64,000 nt of DNA from a virus. The notes under the pieces are model-generated. The model had not been told where the DNA came from. It ran no database searches and saw nothing but the letters and a program-made list of their open reading frames with translations. The position numbers were made by a program, and so were the translations under genes. Each line of letters begins with the position of its first letter. Position 1 is the first letter of the stretch. Positions 58,319-64,000 of this stretch are shown here, one piece after another. The DNA is taken from positions 3,615 to 67,614 of the IMG/VR virus record IMGVR_UViG_3300020042_008783; one strand, given 5' to 3'.

Positions 58319-58615
58319 TTAGTATTTCCCCTTTCGGTTGCTCGGGTTAGCTGTGGTGGCCCCACCTGGACCAGCCCAAAGGTTCTTACAGGCCCAGTAT
58401 TTAGCGCTCAATTTGGTCCCTGGATTGTCGCAGTTATGGCGGGCCCGGAAGGATTTGCGAGCTGCGGCTGAGTAGTTGTTGCCGTATCCTTTGGCCCCAA
58501 AGTGTACAAGTTTTTCTTTTCCACTTTCACAAGCTTTGACCATGCGCTTCTTGCCTGGCCGCGTGCTGGGCCGAGGCTTGTTGCAGGGCATGCTGGCCTT
58601 TCCTAGACCTGGCAT
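58319..58615 (-). CDS. small basic phage protein
   Basis: K.VHFG..GY ... RKSFRARH.C ... SA.YWAC..LW. Confidence 0.7.
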   Translation of the reverse strand: MPGLGKASMPCNKPRPSTRPGKKRMVKACESGKEKLVHFGAKGYGNNYSAAARKSFRARHNCDNPGTKLSAKYWACKNLWAGPGGATTANPSNRKGKY

Positions 58616-59172
58616 TATCGTTCTCCTGCCCCGCCAGCAATCGTCGAATCATTGATTCTTCGCTCAATAACATTTGGGTCAAGCATCATTTTATTTACGT
58701 CCTTATAAATGCTCTTCATAATACCAGCATATTTATTGGGGTTCTCTGTATAGTATCCAGCTTTACCCATCATCCTGGCGTAAGACTCTGGGTCTTTTTG
58801 TTTGATAGCTTCTTGGTATCTCTTGGACTTTAGAAACTCGGGCCATTGGTCAAAGAAAGCTGAAGGAGAATCGTAGGCTGCAAACTTACTTTTTTCCATC
58901 CGTCGGTTGGCTCCGTAACCTTCGGCCGATTCAACTTCAACGGATGGCTGACCTGGTTTGGCTTTCACGCCAGCGAAATTATTAGCTTGCATCGCAAGGC
59001 CAGATTTTCCCCAGCCAGATTCTAAAGCCGTCTGGCTCAGTAGAAGTTTGGGGTCCATGCCAAGACGTTCGCCGGCCACAACCGCATCGGGCGCGGCTTT
59101 CTTGAAGTAGTCAATCTTCTTTTGATACTCCGGCCCGTAGGTCTTTCGGAAGTATTCGTTTAAATCAGCCAT
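58615..59172 (-). CDS. GH73 glucosaminidase/FlgJ-like peptidoglycan hydrolase
   Basis: Q.ALESGWG, NN..G.KA, GY.T..P.Y. Confidence 0.9.
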   Translation of the reverse strand: MADLNEYFRKTYGPEYQKKIDYFKKAAPDAVVAGERLGMDPKLLLSQTALESGWGKSGLAMQANNFAGVKAKPGQPSVEVESAEGYGANRRMEKSKFAAYDSPSAFFDQWPEFLKSKRYQEAIKQKDPESYARMMGKAGYYTENPNKYAGIMKSIYKDVNKMMLDPNVIERRINDSTIAGGAGER

Positions 59173-59185
59173 AACGAAAGTCTAC

Positions 59186-62100
59186 TTACTGTCTTTCTGG
59201 AAACAAGATACCCTCTTGATTTTTCTCTAGAAGAACTTGATATAGAATTGCCTTTTTGATTGGGTTAACAATTGACCTCGTCACTTCTCTGAACTGTCCT
59301 GGGCTCATCGCTTCCAACTGGGGGATAAGCTCAGCAAGTTGTTCTTGAATAACCGGCCCAGCCCTCATCATCCATTCGTACTTCTCATCTGTGGATAACT
59401 CTCGTTTGAGGTTATAGAAATCGTCCTGTGTTAGTTGTTCGCCTTTGGCTTGAGCGTCTTGAATCATCTCTGCCATAGCAAAATCTTTAAGGGGACCAGC
59501 ATCCCAGTCCAATGAGGAACGTTTAGACGCGAACATGGAAATTAGCTTGTCGTGAGTTGCCTGTGGGGTTCTCTCCCCGTTGTCATAAGCTTGAGAGTCA
59601 ACGCCCGTAGTTGTGAGTCGGCGTAAGAAAGGAACAGTATTCGCTACTTGTGTTTTTGTGTTACCGCCGAGGAAGTCAAGGTCTGGCCTTCCAACCTTTG
59701 AAGCGAAAGGAATGGACTGGGCGAATGTGGATAGAAGATTTTCTTGATAAGGTCGAGCAGAGGGGGAGCCGGCTATGCCATTGAATAGTTGCTCTACGTC
59801 ACGGAGCGTTGCGTATCCAGGTATTAAACCACCCGCGACATTGCCAACCGTCTTACTGAGGTTAGTCATGATTCCTTTTGCATCACGTTGACCGACGCCT
59901 GGGGAAGTGAGGGACATAAGCTGACGTATGCCCGATAGAGCTGCCATGTCTAGAATTCCGTACATCGCTAAGGCGCTGCCCGTCAGTCCGCCCAATACAA
60001 TGGACTCTGCTACGGATCGTTTCTCGTATCGGATAGATTCTGTAATAGCTCCCGCGAGAAGTAGAGGGCCAGACAATCCGACAGGGAAACCTTCAAAGCT
60101 GAAGAACTGTGGCTTTCCGTCGCTGAATCTTCCAATTTGGATAGCCCGAAGTTTTCCACCCGCGGCGAAGAAAGCTTCACGTTGAGCTGGGTCGGCTGGT
60201 CCCTTGAAATGAATGTTAAAATACGGGTCATCCTCACCACCAATAGCGTCCTTTAAGGCGGCTAACAGAGTTCCTGTTATGATATATCCAAGTGTCATTT
60301 TACCCAGCAGGAGGTCATGCTCGACTGTTCCGGGGACGGCCGGTGGGCGATAGTACTTAGTGTCCTTCAGCATAGCCGCGGAGCCACGATACAATCTGAT
60401 GGTGGACATTAGCGGAAGAAAATTTAAAACTTCATTCGCTAAGCTCGATCCCGTTTTCAAGAACTTAACAAACAATCTCAACGGCCACGCTTTGGCAGAG
60501 ATGCTCGTCAAACCATCAGCTAATAATCCAAACCATCCCTCAAAGTTATTTGTGAATGTGGATTGTGCTGCAAAAGTTTTAGCTTTCTCCGTTAAATTTT
60601 TAACAATCTCTTCGTCCGGCCTGCCTTGCTCAAGAATCTCTTCAACCCGCAACGACTCTTGTTCGGGAGTTAGATTGAATTCCTTAGCTTCCGAAGCCGC
60701 TTTAGCTTCTGCGCGCTTTCTGGCTTCCGGACTTTGATTGAGGAGTCGAGCAACTTCGGCTTCAATTTCATCGTTTGTCTGGAGACCCTGCGCGATTGCA
60801 ATGTTAGTAGCCTCGGCAATTTCATACATTTTGCGGGAAGAAATTTTATTGATTGCGTCGCCAGCCGCCATGGATCGACCGAAGAATATAAAGGGGGCGA
60901 GGGCACCATATTTACTGCTTAAGAATTTAGAGTCCAGTGGGATTCGATACTCTTGTCCGAATACATTAACCGGCAACTCAGGCTGAACAGCTCCCGGTTT
61001 GCCCGCCCGGTAATCTTCTCCTTGTTTTACAATCGCTTCCCAGATGTTGACCCCGCCCAATTCCTGGGTCAGAGCATCTTGAATATTTGAATAATCCCCG
61101 TTAAAAAATACGTTAGCTGCGGCGTTCAGTGCGGGTTTCTCTCCGGCAAAGATGGCGGAGTTAAGTGCGATCGCTGCGTCCTTATAAGCTTTGGCCCTTG
61201 CTTTGTCTCCGACTATCCCTTTAGCCGCTCCAACTCCGGCGAGAATCCCGGCGTTGAGCTGATTGCTCATCGTCGAAGACCAAGCATTGATACCGATCGT
61301 TCCAATTCCTGCCAGCAAGTTGGAGGTTTGATAGTTAACGAGCAACTCTCCCCACACTTGGGGCGAGACCAGCTTTACATACTGATACATTTCAGAAATC
61401 TTTTTGTTTCGAATCATTCCGACCGGATAGAGGGGCAGGTCTTCAATTAACTTATTGAGCTTCTTGCGTTCTTCCTCTCTCAACTCAGGCAACCCAAGTT
61501 GTGAGTGCATCTGCGCGAATACTTCGCTATCGGTTAAAACTCCAAGGTTGGTGGCCTCGATCAATCTATCCAGGGCCGAACGCATCTTCCTAGTCTTACG
61601 TTCTTTCTTCGCCTCAAACCCTTTCTTAATCCTCTCGAGTTCCTTCTTACGCTCGCTGGCAATAAGGTCGGTCAATCCTTCTCGGAGGAAGTCGGTCACT
61701 TCTTTCTTCTGTGCCTCATCGAGTGTTGTATTCTGGGTCAGCAATGCGCCCATCTTATTTTCGAAATCCATGATATCGCCCTTGCTCGAACGGATGAGAC
61801 CGCGAATATTCGTTTGAGGTCCACCGATTGATTCGAGGGAGCGAACTGCCTGCTTCAAGCTCGACACAGTAAAGGGTCGGCCAAATGCTTCGTCGATGAA
61901 GGGCTCGAGTCCGGCGAGTTCTTCTTCACTATAAACTTCTTTTAAGGAGTCGCGTACATTGTCGATAAACTCCATGACGTCCGGATACTTCTCAATTCTA
62001 TCACGAAGAACTTCGGCTTCAGATGGCTTTGGCTCTGGCTTATAAGTGGGCTGAAGCCCGCCCTGTTCCTTTGTTCTCTGCGCGATTAGCCTACGAATGC

Positions 62101-64000
62101 GGGCAGCAAACTCTTCCAACTGATCCTTCTTCTTGGGCTCTTCCTGAAGGCGAGCCGCCTGTTTCTGCAAAGCTTCCGCTGACGCTTCGGCTAAAGCTTC
62201 AAGTCTCGAAGTGGCTTCGGTGGGGATTGCAACGGGAGCTTGGTCTTTGGCTTTAGCCTTAGCCTCAAGGACTCGACGAATGGCTTCCCCGCGGGTTGTG
62301 GGGGGTTGAATGCTCTCTCGAGCGCGGGCTTCACCAAGAGCTTGAGCTGAAAAAATTTCAAGAGCGTTAGTCAAAGCGGCATCAAAATAAAGATCAAGTT
62401 TGCGTCGAACATTCTCTTGGTTCTTTGCATCCCGCAAGGCTGGGGTGAGCATCAGCAGGCTTTTGATTTGGTCTTCGGAAGCTGCCGTTATGCTAGGGTT
62501 CTCAGAGCGTTGAATGATCTCGAGGATCATTCGGCTCAGCGCGGTGGTTTGTTCTGGGTTAAGACGAATGCCATCAGCATCACTTCCCTCAACCTCAGGG
62601 GCGGCGGCTAGATCTGCCCCAAGGAATTCCGCTCCATCTGCCAGCGCTTGCTCGCTTCCAACGTATTCTGCTACTGCCGCTTCGAGTTCGGCAACAGTTG
62701 CTTGCTTCTTATTAAGCTCTACAAGTTTTGCAATCTTTTCAATTGTCGACTTTGTCTTCTTATCTGTCGTTAGTTTGTCGACAGCTCTACGAGTGGAGTC
62801 AACAAGACCAGAGGATATCTCGCTTTCTTCTTCCGCAAAGCCTGTCAACCTTCCTCGAATCGATGAATCAATTTGTCTGCTGATGTACATCTTCATGGCT
62901 TCTGGATTGTTGGAGAGTTCTCCTAACGCATTCCAGAGATCAACGGTACGTCCGGGTTCAGTACCGTATTTCCTACTTAACAAGAGCATTACTTCTGCCA
63001 ACTGTTCTCTGGCATATAAATCTGTCTTAGCTTTTGCACCAAGAGCATTGGCCAGCTCAAATCCGATAGCTCCCTGTAATGGCAAAGAGCTCTTGATGTT
63101 ACCACTCAAGAAGGCATTAAGAGAGTTCTGAACACCGTTTGTTGCAATATAAGATTTGGCATCATCGAATTGCTGTTCGCGTGGAATGGACTGATAGTAC
63201 CAGGCATCTAGAAGCCTGTCCTTTATCTTGCCTTCAGGAAGAACATCGACGAACTGCGTGACGATATTCTTTACGGCTCGGCTCTCACGAATCTCGGAAG
63301 CTGGCGATATACGGACAACCTCGGGCGACGGTACTGGAATCGAAATCGGTTCTCCATTTAATGTGACCGAAACGACAATTGGTTTTGCGGTTGCAACTTC
63401 TGGTGCTGGTGAAATAACCTTAGCAAACTTTGCGTAGCCAGTATCCCGAAGAGCTGCAATTAGAGGGCCCGGGCTAGTATAACGTTGGCCGTTATAGTTG
63501 ACTACTTCTTGACGTTCGAACAATCGGATTGCCGCATTGGATACGGCCTTCGCTTCGGAGGAAGCCGTAGTTGGAATAGCTATATTACCGGGAATCTTAA
63601 CGCGATACTGTTGATAAGTCGGTTGAGTATCAAAACTTTGTTCGTTACTTGTCACTTCGGCGGGAGCAGAAGTCGCTACAAAAGCGGCGACGGGCAATGA
63701 CCTACCGGCGTCTTCCATACCCTCCGCCAACTCCAGAGCCTTGTTAGCTATAGCTGGGAAACTTGCTCGACCCCCATCCATCACTGCTTGTGTTGCAGAG
63801 CGGAAAAGATTTCTCTCATCGGCCGTAATAATTCCGCGACGTCGGCTAATATCTAGAGCGTCAAGCCACTCTTCCACTCCAACGGTCTTAAATAAATCGT
63901 CGGCAACCGATACCCCGAGCACGCCTTCAGTTCTTCCCTCAAGATGATTCTCAATCATGCGGTAGATTCGAAGATCGTATGAGTCGAATACGGTCGCGGC
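59186..64000 (-). CDS. C-terminal part (>=1604 aa) of a giant internal virion protein, open to the window edge
   Basis: Frame stays open from 63958 to 64000 (AATVFDSYDLRIYR-MIENH); helical LPD-like C-terminus. Confidence 0.8.
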   Translation of the reverse strand, partial: AATVFDSYDLRIYRMIENHLEGRTEGVLGVSVADDLFKTVGVEEWLDALDISRRRGIITADERNLFRSATQAVMDGGRASFPAIANKALELAEGMEDAGRSLPVAAFVATSAPAEVTSNEQSFDTQPTYQQYRVKIPGNIAIPTTASSEAKAVSNAAIRLFERQEVVNYNGQRYTSPGPLIAALRDTGYAKFAKVISPAPEVATAKPIVVSVTLNGEPISIPVPSPEVVRISPASEIRESRAVKNIVTQFVDVLPEGKIKDRLLDAWYYQSIPREQQFDDAKSYIATNGVQNSLNAFLSGNIKSSLPLQGAIGFELANALGAKAKTDLYAREQLAEVMLLLSRKYGTEPGRTVDLWNALGELSNNPEAMKMYISRQIDSSIRGRLTGFAEEESEISSGLVDSTRRAVDKLTTDKKTKSTIEKIAKLVELNKKQATVAELEAAVAEYVGSEQALADGAEFLGADLAAAPEVEGSDADGIRLNPEQTTALSRMILEIIQRSENPSITAASEDQIKSLLMLTPALRDAKNQENVRRKLDLYFDAALTNALEIFSAQALGEARARESIQPPTTRGEAIRRVLEAKAKAKDQAPVAIPTEATSRLEALAEASAEALQKQAARLQEEPKKKDQLEEFAARIRRLIAQRTKEQGGLQPTYKPEPKPSEAEVLRDRIEKYPDVMEFIDNVRDSLKEVYSEEELAGLEPFIDEAFGRPFTVSSLKQAVRSLESIGGPQTNIRGLIRSSKGDIMDFENKMGALLTQNTTLDEAQKKEVTDFLREGLTDLIASERKKELERIKKGFEAKKERKTRKMRSALDRLIEATNLGVLTDSEVFAQMHSQLGLPELREEERKKLNKLIEDLPLYPVGMIRNKKISEMYQYVKLVSPQVWGELLVNYQTSNLLAGIGTIGINAWSSTMSNQLNAGILAGVGAAKGIVGDKARAKAYKDAAIALNSAIFAGEKPALNAAANVFFNGDYSNIQDALTQELGGVNIWEAIVKQGEDYRAGKPGAVQPELPVNVFGQEYRIPLDSKFLSSKYGALAPFIFFGRSMAAGDAINKISSRKMYEIAEATNIAIAQGLQTNDEIEAEVARLLNQSPEARKRAEAKAASEAKEFNLTPEQESLRVEEILEQGRPDEEIVKNLTEKAKTFAAQSTFTNNFEGWFGLLADGLTSISAKAWPLRLFVKFLKTGSSLANEVLNFLPLMSTIRLYRGSAAMLKDTKYYRPPAVPGTVEHDLLLGKMTLGYIITGTLLAALKDAIGGEDDPYFNIHFKGPADPAQREAFFAAGGKLRAIQIGRFSDGKPQFFSFEGFPVGLSGPLLLAGAITESIRYEKRSVAESIVLGGLTGSALAMYGILDMAALSGIRQLMSLTSPGVGQRDAKGIMTNLSKTVGNVAGGLIPGYATLRDVEQLFNGIAGSPSARPYQENLLSTFAQSIPFASKVGRPDLDFLGGNTKTQVANTVPFLRRLTTTGVDSQAYDNGERTPQATHDKLISMFASKRSSLDWDAGPLKDFAMAEMIQDAQAKGEQLTQDDFYNLKRELSTDEKYEWMMRAGPVIQEQLAELIPQLEAMSPGQFREVTRSIVNPIKKAILYQVLLEKNQEGILFPERQ

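Noticed and set aside
1-64000. Alternative genetic code, tRNA genes, integrase/prophage boundaries, phage RNA polymerase
   Set aside because: Genes read through intact in the standard code and use all three stops; no cloverleaf, integrase, host genes or RNAP motifs were recognised in the visible sequence.

Overview
The window is almost all of a tailed dsDNA phage genome, podovirus-like and probably infecting a Gram-negative bacterium (a u-spanin is present). Minus strand 26.3 kb to 1 is a virion/lysis block: TerL, portal, scaffold, major capsid, LamG+BspA-LRR adhesin, sulfotransferase, u-spanin/holin/CHAP endolysin, fibres, tail hub, adaptor and internal proteins. It resumes on the minus strand at 64.0-56.2 kb, where a giant virion protein appears to wrap across both window ends. 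Plus strand 26.4-42.3 kb is a replication/metabolism block: resolvase, SF2 helicase, split Cas4-like nuclease, SSB-like protein, family A DNA polymerase, primase-helicase, 3D protein, HtrA-like protease, methyltransferase, glycosyltransferases, dCMP deaminase and an iteron-rich candidate origin. Plus strand 42.4-56.1 kb is an early-type block of small ORFs with rIIA/rIIB, GP88 and an OGG-like glycosylase, next to an inverted TerS-like gene and G-rich tracts that may mark the genome end. The most striking unexplained signals are: (1) an ~11 kb early segment with no CCGG in a genome that is otherwise CCGG-rich; (2) several candidate structured RNAs or regulatory elements; (3) a Cas4-like nuclease split into two ORFs; (4) a shared GLGK/PLGK tag on clustered small basic proteins. 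I saw no integrase, tRNA, CRISPR array or reverse transcriptase. All calls come from reading motifs by eye; no database search was run.
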